A stretch of DNA of 63,006 nt, filler included, from Octopus bimaculoides (lineage: Eukaryota), in the NCBI RefSeq assembly GCF_001194135.2. It is 6 parts of 5 records of this genome, joined end to end, with 100 filler letters (N's around TTAATTAATTAA, not from the genome) between each part and the next. Parts side by side here need not be neighbours in the genome. Positions count along the whole stretch, not along the records: positions 1 to 12,202 come from NC_068996.1; positions 12,303 to 38,483 come from NC_068983.1; 4 more parts are not named here. One strand, 5' to 3'. The translations under genes and the position numbers were made by a program. The stretch's first letter is position 1. Each line of letters begins with the position of its first letter. This document shows, in pieces, positions 1 to 12,965 of the stretch. The notes under the pieces were generated by a model that worked only from the letters and a program-made list of their open reading frames with translations, did not search any database and was not told the origin of the DNA.

Positions 1-1469
1 ATATTTACACCTGTGGACATTTTGCATTATTTTGAAGGATTTTTGCATTTTGCATTTTGCATTAATGCAGGCATGTAAGTAATTTGTTCATTATTGAATA
101 TAATAATATAAATTATTTACATGCTTAAGTTACGAAGTAATTTGTCGGGATTTTACAATTTTCTTATTGTTAATTAAAATTTTATCAAACTATTTGAAAA
201 GGAAGCCGTGAAGAGAGATTTGGCGTTAAATGAGACTAAGAGAATAACAATAAACTGATCAGTGAAGAAACCAAATGGAAATTTAATTGAATTTTTAAAG
301 GAAATCTAAACAGAAATGTAAACACCGTCCTTCCAAAATTTAGATGTGTTGAGAAAGAAGACACCTGACGTTCCGTTTTGTAGTTTGCTGACCGATCTTT
401 AGAGGAGAAATCTTCGATTTCCTTCTCCAACTGATTACATAGTATATCCGGTTGTTTTTATAATCGTCAGGAATTATGCTATTACCATAGTATATAACTT
501 AAATTAACATTTGGCGTAGAAACGCCTCGTTAATGAGATTAGAAATGTATGGATTTTACTATCTAAAATTATTTCAATCCTTCTAGTTCATGTCGTGGTG
601 TTCCTAAAATATCTATTGTTAAATTAATGTCTAAAGCACAAATATGCTAACTAACCTACTCAGTTCGATATAGTTGAAATCCTGACTGGTTTATATAATA
701 GTTGAATATTCTTTATCATTGGCAGGAAAAAATCGGCTGTTTTCTCAGTTTACATCTGCTATCGTATACATAGTTAGATGTTGTAAACATTAATGAAAAC
801 ACTATCAAATAAAATCCTTTACGAGAACACAACTTGTTCACTGAGCCCATTTTAAATCTTGCTGTCAGACAGGAAGTAATCTATACATTGGTCTTCTGTA
901 TGCTTTTAATCAAATATACCTGTATAGTTATCTGTTTGTATATTACCATATCAAACAACGGAATGAATGAAGTTTGGTCGAGGCTAGGCTACATTAGAAA
1001 ATAAATGAAGTAGAATCTGCTGCATCGAACGACGTACGCGAAAATATTTTTAATTGATTACGAAGATCAACGGTAATTTGCAATATGTTCGACAAGATGG
1101 TGTTAAGAGAAATAGCTCAAATAAGGACATGGTGTATATAAAATATATTCAGTAGGTACTGAAATTTTCTTTCCCTTTCACTTGACGATAGAAAACAAAA
1201 ACCTAGCGATAATCGCAGCTGCTTCGCGAAAAATTGAAAACTAATTTTAAAAAGATTGATTTTAAGAATTAAATGTTATATCTATTTGTTAGTGGGAAAA
1301 GTTGGCAATATTAAATTATTTGGCCTACACCATTGCATACATCCACGCATTTATATATAGGAGCGTGTGTGTACATATACACATAATACAACGTATACAC
1401 GAATATATATGTATAGTTCAAATTTACAGAGAGCAAAAGACGAAGACAGGTATATGAACAACAAGAAAG

Positions 1470-1911
1470 TGTAATAGTGTAACGCTCGATATATATCTAG
1501 TGTTAATATTCAGTGATTACCCGAATGTCACGATTCGCTGGAATGCTGTTCACGTGATCGAATCTGACCAATCGCGATTTGCCCACGTGATCGATAGGAT
1601 CTGGCCAACCACGACTTCACGTGGAATAAGCCTCCTGCGAGTAATATCAACTTTGATGCCTTCCTTCCTGAGCCTCTTGATCGCTATAGAATCAACACTA
1701 GCGACCGCCAGCAGTCAGAAAGTCTTGGGTTGTAGCAGACACGACGGTGGACAACATGGCGAATAGATACAGGAAAGGGCTGAACCTAGCTAATATCATC
1801 ATGAGGAACCACTGGCGGTAACAACGTCTAGCAGTAACTTTTCTAATATTATTTCATTTACAATAACATCCAGACTCTCTCAACATTTGTCGTAATACTA
1901 TTTCGATTACA
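1470..1911 (+). mobile_element. Solo-LTR-like segment (alternative reading: CpG-rich promoter plus first exon)
   Basis: 442 bp bounded by TGTAAT...ATTACA, with a TATA-like CTATAGAAT about 25 nt before CAGTCAG. Flanks GAAAG/CTAAG are not a clean TSD. Confidence 0.4.
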
Positions 1912-2116
1912 CTAAGCACAATAATATTCAAACTCTTTCAAATAAATTTTGATCGTAAAAACCTCAACAGATTTCGTTATTTTCTTCTATGCAAAACTTT
2001 TGACCTCCGACGTTAGAAATAACAGCCAGCTCCCAACATTAGCAGTCAGATACAGCAATATATATAAAGAAGAGAAACGTCTATAATTATGAACAAGTCA
2101 CAAGTATCACTAAAAG

Positions 2117-2557
2117 GTTAAACATAGCAACCAAAACCGCTATAAAGCCATTACGTCACTCATATTATTTTCCACATGATATAAAACTGTCTTCAGGCGA
2201 CATAGCAAATAGATTCCACAACTTGAAAATAACTGGTTAATTCCTTATTGCAATTTCGGCGTTAAGGACCACTTAAGGGACCTATTTGCCTCATCGGGGG
2301 AAATATTCCTATAGATAGAAATCAAAACAATACTTTACCTTGGGGCTAGCATGTATCCCGACCGGCAATAGAAATGTTTTCACCTCTATCTACACAATTA
2401 AGTGGTCCCTAACGTCGAAATTACAATAGGGAATTAACCAGTCATTTTCAAGTTGTGGATTCTATTTGTCATGTCGCCCAAAGACAGTTTTTATCGCGAG
2501 GAGAAATAATATGATTGATAATATGGGTTTATAGCGGTTTTGACTGCTATTTTTAAC
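2117..2557. repeat. Long inverted repeat / foldback element
   Basis: Arm 2117-2276 is the imperfect reverse complement of 2398-2557 (e.g. GGACCACTTAA / TTAAGTGGTCC; AAAACCGCTATAAA / TTTATAGCGGTTTT). Loop is 121 bp. Confidence 0.85.
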
Positions 2558-2709
2558 ATGTAAGAGTTTTTAACCCTCTTGGTTATATTTTATGATAACA
2601 TGCTTGGCCATTGATATATTCATAAATAATGTTATTTATAATATATCCTCCGTAATGTTTTTACATTACTTTCTATTTACACACACACACACATATATTT
2701 ATATACGTG

Positions 2710-2747
<38 letters not shown>

Positions 2748-3256
2748 NNNNNNNNNNNNNNNNNNNNNNNNNNNNNNNNNNNNNNNNNNNNNNNNNNNNN
2801 NNNNNNNNNNNNNNNNNNNNNNNNNNNNNNNNNNNNNNNNNNNNNNNNNNNNNNNNNNNNNNNNNNNNNNNNNNNNNNNNNNNNNNNNNNNNNNNNNNNN
2901 NNNNNNNNNNNNNNNNNNNNNNNNNNNNNNNNNNNNNNNNNNNNNNNNNNNNNNNNNNNNNNNNNNNNNNNNNNNNNNNNNNNNNNNNNNNNNNNNNNNN
3001 NNNNNNNNNNNNNNNNNNNNNNNNNNNNNNNNNNNNNNNNNNNNNNNNNNNNNNNNNNNNNNNNNNNNNNNNNNNNNNNNNNNNNNNNNNNNNNNNNNNN
3101 NNNNNNNNNNNNNNNNNNNNNNNNNNNNNNNNNNNNNNNNNNNNNNNNNNNNNNNNNNNNNNNNNNNNNNNNNNNNNNNNNNNNNNNNNNNNNNNNNNNN
3201 NNNNNNNNNNNNNNNNNNNNNNNNNNNNNNNNNNNNNNNNNNNNNNNNNNNNNNNN

Positions 3257-4115
3257 GGTTGAAGGGGTGGTAGGTGAGGGGAATAGGAGACGGGTAAGGA
3301 AGGGAGAGAGGGGTGCGAGGAGAAAGAGCAAAAGCACGGTCCACAGATCGTACCCGGGCAAGGGCAGTGTATTAATGGTGAGGGGATATTCACGTTAGAC
3401 GAGTTGAGACTGAGTCTCAAAGTCATGATCGTCATTGCAGAGCCTGTGTAGACGGAGGAATTGGAAGTATGGGATGAAGAGCTAATTGTGAGTAGGGTGG
3501 GAGGAGGACAAGTTACGGTAGGACAGTGAGTTAGTGTTTGTAGTGGATGAAGGTAGTGAGAGTGGAGTGGTATATGCTGACAGAAATGTCGAAAAATTCG
3601 ACTGAAGAGTACAGGAGAATTCGAGGGTAGGAAGAATTGGACAAAGGAGAAGAAGGAATCCAGCTGTTCGCAGGCGAGTGAGGTTGCTCTGATACAGTCA
3701 TCGTTTTAACGACCGTATTAAGTCTCGGGCGTGCCACCAGTGAGAATATTTGCGCCTCAACGTAGCCAACGAACAGGTTTGCATAGTTGGTGCCCTTTCT
3801 CGTTCCCATGGCCACTCCCGACACATGTTGGTAAAACTTCCCCGCGAACGAGAAGAAGTTGAGGAAGAGGAGGAGTTCGACCAGACAAAGAAGTGTGGAG
3901 GTGTCAGGTTGGGTCAGGCCGAAGGTTAAGGAAATGTTTAAGCGCAAGAAGTCCTTCTTTGTGTTGGATCACCGTATACAAACTTTTAATGTCAAGAGTT
4001 GAGAGGGGCCAGAAGGGAAGGAAAAAGAGTTAAACAGATGGAAAGCATGATTGGTGTAGTGGATGTGTGAAAGGAGGGAAGCCACTAGGGGGACAAGAAC
4101 ACGGTCGAGGTATTC
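3257..4115 (-). mobile_element. Penelope-like element, degenerate reverse transcriptase fragment
   Basis: ORF 3531-3947 contains FSFAGKFYQHVSGVAMGTRKGTNYANLFVGYVE, the PLE RT 'F.F.G.FY.Q..GVAMG...YANLF.G.VE' signature. Stops and frameshifts are present. Confidence 0.85.
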
Positions 4116-5124
4116 GAAGACTATATATGTATATGTATGTATTTATGCATGTATACATGTACGTATGTATATGTATACATATGCATGCGTGTGTGTTGTC
4201 GCTGACGTTGCAATGAATTTGTGAAGGGCTGAGACAGCTTCTTCAAGGCATCTGTCGGACCTTGTTAATCCTCCCAAATATGTAGCCCGAAACTGACTTC
4301 GCCATGATTTGAAATCAGAGCGGGCAGCATTGAATAAACTATAACAAAGCAGTTTATTAAACGTATTTAGATATCATGCAAATATATGCGTGTGTGTGTA
4401 TGTATATATATATATATATATATATNNNNNNNNNNNNNNNNNNNNNNNNNNNNNNNNNNNNNNNNNNNNNNNNNNNNNNNNNNNNNNNNNNNNNNNNNNN
4501 NNNNNNNNNNNNNNNNNNNNNNNNNNNNNNNNNNNNNNNNNNNNNNNNNNNNNNNNNNNNNNNNNNNNNNNNNNNNNNNNNNNNNNNNNNNNNNNNNNNN
4601 NNNNNNNNNNNNNNNNNNNNNNNNNNNNNNNNNNNNNNNNNNNNNNNNNNNNNNNNNNNNNNNNNNNNNNNNNNNNNNNNNNNNNNNNNNNNNNNNNNNN
4701 NNNNNNNNNNNNNNNNNNNNNNNNNNNNNNNNNNNNNNNNNNNNNNNNNNNNNNNNNNNNNNNNNCTCCCTCCCTTTCTTTTTCCCTCCCTTTCTTTTTC
4801 CCTCCCTTTTCTCTCTTTTTCTCTTCCTCTGTCTACCTATATATCTACCTATTTATATGCATAATATATTATTATTAAAAAATCTGGCAAAAAATCATAT
4901 ATTAATTAATATCGATTAATTACCAGGAAGCTAATATGTAACACCATCACACCACACACCACTACACCATACACCACCATACCATACAACATCACATCAC
5001 AACACACCACCACGCACACACTATCACTGACCACTTCTCAGCCCCACATCTTCACACCTACACATACACACGCACACGTCAAGGTCACCAGCCCTCATCC
5101 ACACGCACATAATACTCTCTTATA

Positions 5125-5404
5125 CACACAACCGTGCACATTCGTTTTGGGATCACCGCTAATTTATTATCTCCCCTTCTTCCTAGCTCTCCTGTGTGAC
5201 CCTTCTGTCCGGCGTTTACCATGATAGATTGCTAGCCACTACACATTCTTTATTTTCTCTCCTTGTTTCTTTCAGTGTTCCTTTCTGTGGAACAGCATAG
5301 GCTCGAAACGTTAAAGACTTTTCACTTCCCGAGCGTAAAACTAATACATCTGTTTATTGTCTACACCACCTGCCTTCGTCTTTTTTTTTTGTGAATTCTC
5401 CCCC
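5125..5404 (+). mobile_element. Penelope-like element 3' end / pseudo-LTR with hammerhead-like motif
   Basis: GATCACCG...CTCCCC...TAGCTCTCCTGTGT matches the sequence after the GIY-YIG stop at 38927-39000. The downstream half matches 31288-31440. Confidence 0.75.
5281..5316 (+). ncRNA. Degenerate minimal hammerhead-like motif, CUGUGGA core
   Basis: CUUU-CUGUGGA-A-CAGC-AUAG-GCUC-GAAA-CGU-U-AAAG. Helix II has one mismatch. Confidence 0.5.
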
Positions 5405-5691
5405 NNNNNNNNNNNNNNNNNNNNNNNNNNNNNNNNNNNNNNNNNNNNNNNNNNNNNNNNNNNNNNNNNNNNNNNNNNNNNNNNNNNNNNNNNNNNNNNN
5501 NNNNNNNNNNNNNNNNNNNNATATATAAAGTAGTTGTATACTGCCAACTTAACGTGACAGTCCCAATAAGGGAATATACTACTGCTATTTAGCCCTAGGA
5601 AGCTGGACCGCTTCCTGTCGGCCTTGACACATTTCCTGTGTCCTTATGTTTGCGAGGAGGAGACAAACTCCTCCACCCAGCCTATCCAGCA

Positions 5692-5734
5692 TTCAGGGAC
5701 ACGTTTCTGAGTCTTTGCTCGTCATCAGCCTGAA
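5692..5734 (-). ncRNA. Minimal type I hammerhead ribozyme motif (slightly decayed)
   Basis: Minus strand UUCAGG-CUGAUGA-CGAG-CAAAGA-CUCA-GAAA-CGUGU-C-CCUGAA: perfect 6-bp helix I, canonical core, GUC site. Confidence 0.72.
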
Positions 5735-7462
5735 GTAGCACGACCAGCTGGTTGAAGGAGTCTGTTTAACACTCGCAAACATAGTATTTCAGTGAAACAC
5801 ATTCATATATATGTTTGTATGTATATATATATATATATATGCATTATGTATATAAATTTACAAATTTTATTTCGTAAAAGTATATAATTTAGGCATATAC
5901 AGTCCATTATTAATATGTACAAATACACACATAAATACACACAGCTATAACATCAGAATATCAGATACATGTCCACTTCTCTTCCATATAAACCTATTCT
6001 TCACTACGTTTTTTTCTTTCTTTCCATGTTCTAACACCATTGTCACACTGACTCACTCTCTTTTTTTCGCCTCTCCTTTACATTCTTTCACTTTCTTTTT
6101 CGTCTCTATAACAATGACCTCTCCTATTCTACTTAAAATATCTCACCGAAACAATATGACCTCCTCTGTTTACATTTCCTTTAAGAATTCAATTAAATTT
6201 CCATTTGGTTTCTTCACTGATCAGTTTATTGTTATTCCCTTAGTCTCATTTAACGTCAAATTTCTCTTCATGGCTTCCTTTTCAAATTATTTATTCTTCC
6301 TGCTTCCTTTCTTTCCCTTTCTCTCTCTCCTCTCTTTCTCTTTCTCTTACTCTTTCTAGTTCTCTTTTTTATTCTGTACTTTTAATGTCTCTTCTCTTTC
6401 TCTGTTTCTCCGTTCAGAGTATTTTTGTATTTTCTTTTTTATTCTCCATTTATCTCTTTCCCTCCTCTTTAAGTTACTTAATCAGTTTTCTTTTCTTTTT
6501 TCTCTATTATGTTTTTGCTTCTCCCTCTCTCACTCACTCATTCTCTCTCTCTCTCCTTCCTTCTCTCTTTCTCTTTCTCGCTTGCTCGATCGTTCGCTTG
6601 TTCGTTCTTTTTAACATTCATATGCACTTTCATGTATAGCTTCACGTCACACACACACTCACACACATACTCACACAGACACACACTCTCACACATGTTC
6701 ACATGCAGTCGTCTATGATTCTATCCTCTTCTCTTTCTCTACATCTCATCTGTATTATTTTAAATTTCAGTTTTCATTGTACAACTGTTGTCTTAGAGGT
6801 TTTGTTGCAACAAAATAGCAAAGCCAAACACGGCTTTCTGATCTTCGAGTATAATACCCACAAAATCTTACAACAACCTCCTTCTCTCTCCCTTTCGGTC
6901 ATTCTCTCTACGTCTCCTTAAATGCCTCCACCCCGAACATGCCTGACGTAATGGAAAATTTATGCTCTTGGCATTTTCATTGTCGGTGATTTTGTTAAAT
7001 CCAGAAACGTTATTCCTACCATCATCACCAACCATGAGCATAACATGAGAGCATATATATGATGGCTTAAAGTAGCACCCAAATGTTCCTCAAATCGCAT
7101 CCTAACGTTTCAAATATGAAAATCAGATATTTGATTTTCAAGTGCTACGTTCACTTTAAAGAACGAAATAGTTATGGCTGTAATATTTCCTTACTTTCCT
7201 TCCTGTAACTTTCGATTGAAAGAGAACTCCAGGAAAGATGAAAGAGAACTTCAGGAGTAATCGGTTTGAAGATAGTGAGATGAAGGAAGCTGTAAAAAAA
7301 GGGTCTTGGATACCTTCACTTTAGACAAATTCTTTAGGGCCTTCAAGAAAGTGAACTCAGAGGATCATATTTTTGAAGGAGATGAGAGTTTTAAACTTCT
7401 TTGAAATTAATAATGTCTCATCTGGAAAAGTCTTAAAACCCCGGGAATCCACCTTGTGTACA

Positions 7463-7493
<31 letters not shown>

Positions 7494-7517
7494 GTACACA
7501 AATATATACATACATAC

Positions 7518-8525
7518 AAGTGCATCCCATCACCAAATTTGCATAAATGAGGCCGATAACATCATAAGACTTGGAAGGAAGCTCCTTGAGCAGCATTCCT
7601 TGTCTGATAATCTCGAATACATGATCAAAGACGTCGCAGAACGCTAATGCAACATATCATCAGATGAAAAGATGAGCCTATATGAGCAGAAGACTATGCA
7701 TAGATATGTTAGTATAAAGTTCCGGGATGATCATCAAAGCAATCTATCATGGACCAATAACCTGATTACTACCCTTACGCTTTGAAAGGTATGCATTTGC
7801 AATCCAGGAACAGGAAATATCAACCAAATACTTGATGTACAAAAGGGATAGAGATCCAAGAAAAGTGGCAAAGTATGAAAACCGATGCAGACTTTGTGGA
7901 GTAACACCAAAGATATCATCCACGTCATAAGCCGTATTATCTACCGATGAGACATGTAGCTAGGACACTATATAAGAAAATCCATTGGAAGGGTAATACC
8001 CGAGGGAAAAATATAAGAACCCACAATATGGTAGAAGCAATAGCCACTCATAAAAAAGGAATACTGGTGGAATGTACCAGTGAACGTCTCAATAAAATGT
8101 AAGCACAACAGACCTATGATGATTTGGGATATAGAAGAGAAACTGCGTACAGTTGAGGAAATCAGCGGCCCAGCGGATGTTGACATAAAGCTGAGGATCA
8201 GTGGAAAAGAGAATACCTACGCAGAACTATTGAGAAATATGCAGTTATTCTATCCAGATTACAAGTTCAGGTTTATAACTGTAATTATTGGGGTCCTGGC
8301 TATGTAACGCACTGCCTAAATACCTATCTTGAGAAATTAGGCTTCTCACAACTAAAAAGGAGAATGCTAATTCGAAGACTACAAATCCAATCCATCAGTG
8401 GAACTGTAAAAATCTGTAAAACTTTCCAGAATTTTATTTAAGTATACATGAGCATATCTAGATATGGAAGTATGCATGAGAGTACATACATAAAAGAAAA
8501 CATACAAATCTGCACGTATACAAAC
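7518..8525 (+). mobile_element. 5'-truncated RLE-type (R4/Dong-like) non-LTR retrotransposon, C-terminal part
   Basis: AIQEQEISTKYLMYKRD...ENRCRLCGV..DIIHVIS (CCHC remnant), then KHNRP.MIWD..EK...EIS.PAD (RLE region) and GTVKICKTFQ near the end. Flanked by (TACA)n on both sides. Confidence 0.82.
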
Positions 8526-8546
8526 ATACATACATACATACATACA

Positions 8547-8578
<32 letters not shown>

Positions 8579-10600
8579 ACAATACCTTGTTGTTGATGTA
8601 AAAATTCCAAAGAAGAATTCTTGGATCTAGGTTAGAAACCGGTTCTTTATTGACGAGAAATCTTGAAATAAAACTGAATAATGACATATATCCATCCATA
8701 CATACATATATACATACATACATACATACATACATGCATGCATACATACATACATACGTACATACATATATACATACATACATACATACATACACACATA
8801 TATACATACATACATACATACATACACATATATACACACACATACACNNNNNNNNNNNNNNNNNNNNNNNNNNNNNNNNNNNNNNNNNNNNNNNNNNNNN
8901 NNNNNNNNNNNNNNNNNNNNNNNNNNNNNNNNNNNNNNNNNNNNNNNNNNNNNNNNNNNNNNNNNNNNNNNNNNNNNNNNNNNNNNNNNNNNNNNNNNNN
9001 NNNNNNNNNNNNNNNNNNNNNNNNNNNNNNNNNNNNNNNNNNNNNNNNNNNNNNNNNNNNNNNNNNNNNNNNNNNNNNNNNNNNNNNNNNNNNNNNNNNN
9101 NNNNNNNNNNNNNNNNNNNNNNNNNNNNNNNNNNNNNNNNNNNNNNNNNNNNNNNNNNNNNNNNNNNNNNNNNNNNNNNNNNNNNNNNNNNNNNNNNNNN
9201 NNNNNNNNNNNNNNNNNNNNNNNNNNNNNNNNNNNNNNNNNNNNNNNNNNNNNNNNNNNNNNNNNNNNNNNNNNNNNNNNNNNNNNNNNNNNNNNNNNNN
9301 NNNNNNNNNNNNNNNNNNNNNNNNNNNNNNNNNNNNNNNNNNNNNNNNNNNNNNNNNNNNNNNNNNNNNNNNNNNNNNNNNNNNNNNNNNNNNNNNNNNN
9401 NNNNNNNNNNNNNNNNNNNNNNNNNNNNNNNNNNNNNNNNNNNNNNNNNNNNNNNNNNNNNNNNNNNNNNNNNNNNNNNNNNNNNNNNNNNNNNNNNNNN
9501 NNNNNNNNNNNNNNNNNNNNNNNNNNNNNNNNNNNNNNNNNNNNNNNNNNNNNCAATATATATATTGTGTCATCCGATAAATAATGCGCTTTTCTCAATT
9601 GTATAGAACTAAAAGTTGGAGAGGGACGAGATAAACTTTGAACTTTTAAAACCAAACCAAAAGATAACAAAGGAGATCTCCTGTGAGTAGCTTGAGCGCA
9701 CATACTTACATGTATACGTCTATACATATGCATATGTGGGCACAGGACGTTACAAAACGTAAACAACAAAAAATATGAAGTACGAGGACATACAATATGA
9801 ACTTGTTTTGCGAACAGCAAAAGAGACAAATGGAAAACAAGACAAACAACACAAAGAACGACCCTTCATCAGCTGTCGGCTGTTTTTCTAATGCGTACAC
9901 ATATACACACTTTTGTATGACTATATAGCGTTCTAAGGAACCATAAAGTAAAACAAATAATGGAGTGAATATAATAATATGTAAATTATTCAGCATTATA
10001 GATTCCTCTCAGCCGAGTTCACTATTCGGTTTTGCATACAAATTGAGCGATAATCTATGACGGTGCTCGTCAGTGGTGTACGGAAAATATGGCGACATCT
10101 TTCTGCTACTGGTGGTCAGCAAGTGAGAGAAGTTCGAAGAAGAATTCATCGGGAGTTATACTCCTTGCACAGTGTGTGCCACACCCAACTTTATATATAA
10201 ATATAAACCTGCATATACACACATATATCCATGCTAACCACTATTTTCCTCTTTAATTCGCTAATGTTATACCTAATTACTATTCAAATACTAGAGTCGC
10301 TTTAAGTCATAGATTAACTAAAATTATCAATGTAGGCTTTTCGCTGTTGGTTAAGTAGTCGCTAAATTGTCTGTAATCTTCAAGGGACAAGAGAAGACTA
10401 ATTGTTCTACAAATGTAGTAGCATGTTTATATTTTTTGTTTAGGCCGTTAAACTTCAGAGCCCACTTTGTGTACTCAGTTACACTGCCATCTGGTAAACA
10501 TAGATGAGTACTTAAACACGTACATTGCGATATTTGCAATATTTAATTGACTGAAGTTGTGCTGGTAAATGCATATGATAAATACACACACATACACACG

Positions 10601-10634
<34 letters not shown>

Positions 10635-10747
10635 TAAATATGTATTTATACATACATGCATTATATATGTAAGTATATATATATATATGTGTGTATATCA
10701 TAGACACGCACACATATTTTTGCATATTATATATGTGCGATTATATA

Positions 10748-10787
<40 letters not shown>

Positions 10788-10797
10788 NNNNNNNNNN

Positions 10798-10849
<52 letters not shown>

Positions 10850-12069
10850 ATTTGTGTGTGTGTGTGTATATCTATATATGTATATATATGTATGTATGTA
10901 TAAATATATACACGCAGACGCACACGCAGACGCACACGCAGACGCACACGCAGACACATACATGCATACATACATACATACATACACACACTCATTCACA
11001 CACAAAAACACAAACACACACTCACTTATAAAATTTCAATCATTGGACATGGCTAGTTTCAATTCTAAGTTTTGTACTTTATCTGTTTATAATAACCTCT
11101 GCAATCATGTATTGAACACTTCGCACAATGTATCAATGTTATATTTATGCATACATACATCATATATATAAGCATACATTAATGTGTGTTTGTATGAGTA
11201 AAGTAGTGTAGCTGTTCGTTTTGATATATTGCCGTATCCACACACGCACGCACAAACACTCATATATGCATGTATGTTTTCTTTTTTGATATATTTGTTA
11301 GTGTATGCTTGAATAAGCGAACCATTGCAATGATTACAATATCACGTGTGATTAAGTAAACAATGATTCTCTTCAAATCGTTCTCTAAACACACCAATGA
11401 TTTCGAATTTATATATTTTTCAATTTTTCAAACGCTCTTTAACCAGAAACATTACCGAATCATGGAAATAAATAATCCTCATATATTTCCATTTCTGACA
11501 ATATTATAGTCACAAATATTCTGGTAACAATGACATGTTTTATAGTCAGTCAAATGTTTATTATTTATTGGCTCGTTAGTTTGACATAGAGTGCGAATCT
11601 AGTAGAAAGACATAACTATTCGATACTAGATACAAAATGTCGAAGAACTCGATAAACAAAGTATTTCTGGAGAACGGTTATTTATATTCCATATAGAATA
11701 TTTCGATGAAATAAAATTTCTCTGTTTGAAATGTATTTTTGTCTCAGCAATTTCATTCTTTAAATTACAATTTTCTTCTTCGTTTAATGTTTTATTTATT
11801 CAAACTATGGAAAAGAAGACATGATTTATCATCCGAGCTAAATCTTACTATCAATAATGAGATACTTGGAGTTATTGGGGAGACAGTCACTCGTTTTTGA
11901 TGATACTCAGTGTAACAAAACAGTTGCGAGTATCCATTTTTCTAAGTCTTTATTTTGCGCATTTTCGTTCACCACTTCTGTGTAAATATATACAATTTTT
12001 TGAAATGTCATGCATCCGTTTTATGTATATGTATGTATGTGTGGGCTTCCCCGCGTGCGCATGCATGAT

Positions 12070-12103
<34 letters not shown>

Positions 12104-12159
12104 GTATGTATATATGTATATAAATATATATATATATATGAATATATATGTATATATGA

Positions 12160-12202
<43 letters not shown>

Positions 12203-12302
12203 NNNNNNNNNNNNNNNNNNNNNNNNNNNNNNNNNNNNNNNNNNNNTTAATTAATTAANNNNNNNNNNNNNNNNNNNNNNNNNNNNNNNNNNNNNNNNNN
12301 NN
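12203..12302. other. Synthetic scaffold-join spacer
   Basis: 44 N + TTAATTAATTAA (stops in all six frames) + 44 N = 100 bp. Confidence 0.97.
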
Positions 12303-12510
12303 TCGAGCGTGGCCGTTTTCGTGCGGGTGACACGTAAAAGCACCCACTACACTCTCTGAGTGGTTGGCATTAGGAAGGGCATCCAGCTGTAGAAACTCTG
12401 CCAAATCAGACTGGAGCCTGGTGTTGCCATCCGGTTTCACCAGTCCTCAGTCAAATCGTCCAACCCATGCTAGCATGGAAAGCGGATGTTAAACGATGAT
12501 GATGATGATA
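12303..12510 (+). mobile_element. SINE 3' half with (GAT)n tail
   Basis: Contains GGAAGGGCATCCAGCTGTAGAAACTCTGCC and ends AAACGATGATGATGATGAT, a tail type typical of RTE-mobilised SINEs. Truncated at the scaffold start. Confidence 0.7.
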
Positions 12511-12892
12511 TATATATATTTGGCATTGCTATTTGACGTTGAAAAGCTGGACACTTTGCACCCAGAACAGTAGTCTTTGACCTCCTAAGGCAATAAAAAC
12601 TGGAGACAAAATTCTTTCTGTACCAAAAAACATGGTGTGCGTGTGCACACACACACACACACACAAGTTTGTGTGTGTGTATGTTAGGAACACAGATATT
12701 GTTTGCTCACTGTCAGCAAGCATCTCAATTCTTCAGATGTAACTAGTTTGTGATTGAGGTATCTTATTTTGCATGGTATTATTTTCCCTTGAATTTGTGA
12801 TTTCAGAGAAAGGTAAGAAATTCTTCATATTTTGCATCTTTGGTATTTTGTCATTTCATGTTGCCATTTGATTTACATATGTCTATTTTCAG

Positions 12893-12965
12893 ACTAGTTG
12901 GTTTAAATTCTGGTCCTTCGTTAAACGAATATGTCCATCCAGATCTAACCAAAGTAGCTGATAAG
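12893..12965 (+). CDS. ACADVL: Very-long-chain acyl-CoA dehydrogenase, internal coding exon (first of four visible 3' exons)
   Basis: ttttcAG acceptor, 73-nt exon reading x-LVGLNSGPSLNEYVHPDLTKVADK, GTtggt donor. Splices in frame to the next exon. The peptide resembles the VLCAD 'L..VHPEL' segment. Confidence 0.88.

Noticed and set aside
236-430. Minus-strand ORF LEKEIEDFSSKDRSANYKTERQ as an exon
   Set aside because: Weak acceptor with no polypyrimidine tract and no recognisable protein.
6000-6600. Long polypyrimidine/(CT)n tract as a regulatory or H-DNA element
   Set aside because: Ordinary low-complexity sequence in this genome with no specific support.
8595-8665. Hammerhead around GAAACCGGUU
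   Set aside because: A palindromic ACCGGU is present but there is no CUGANGA core with a matching helix I.
9840-9880. CUGAUGAAGGG on the minus strand
   Set aside because: No downstream helix II closure or GAAA.
10351-10490. Possible minus-strand terminal exon (D)GSVTEYTKWALKFNGLNKKYKHATTFVEQLVFSCPLKITDNLATT*
   Set aside because: The acceptor is plausible, but there is no recognisable homology, partner exon or polyA signal.
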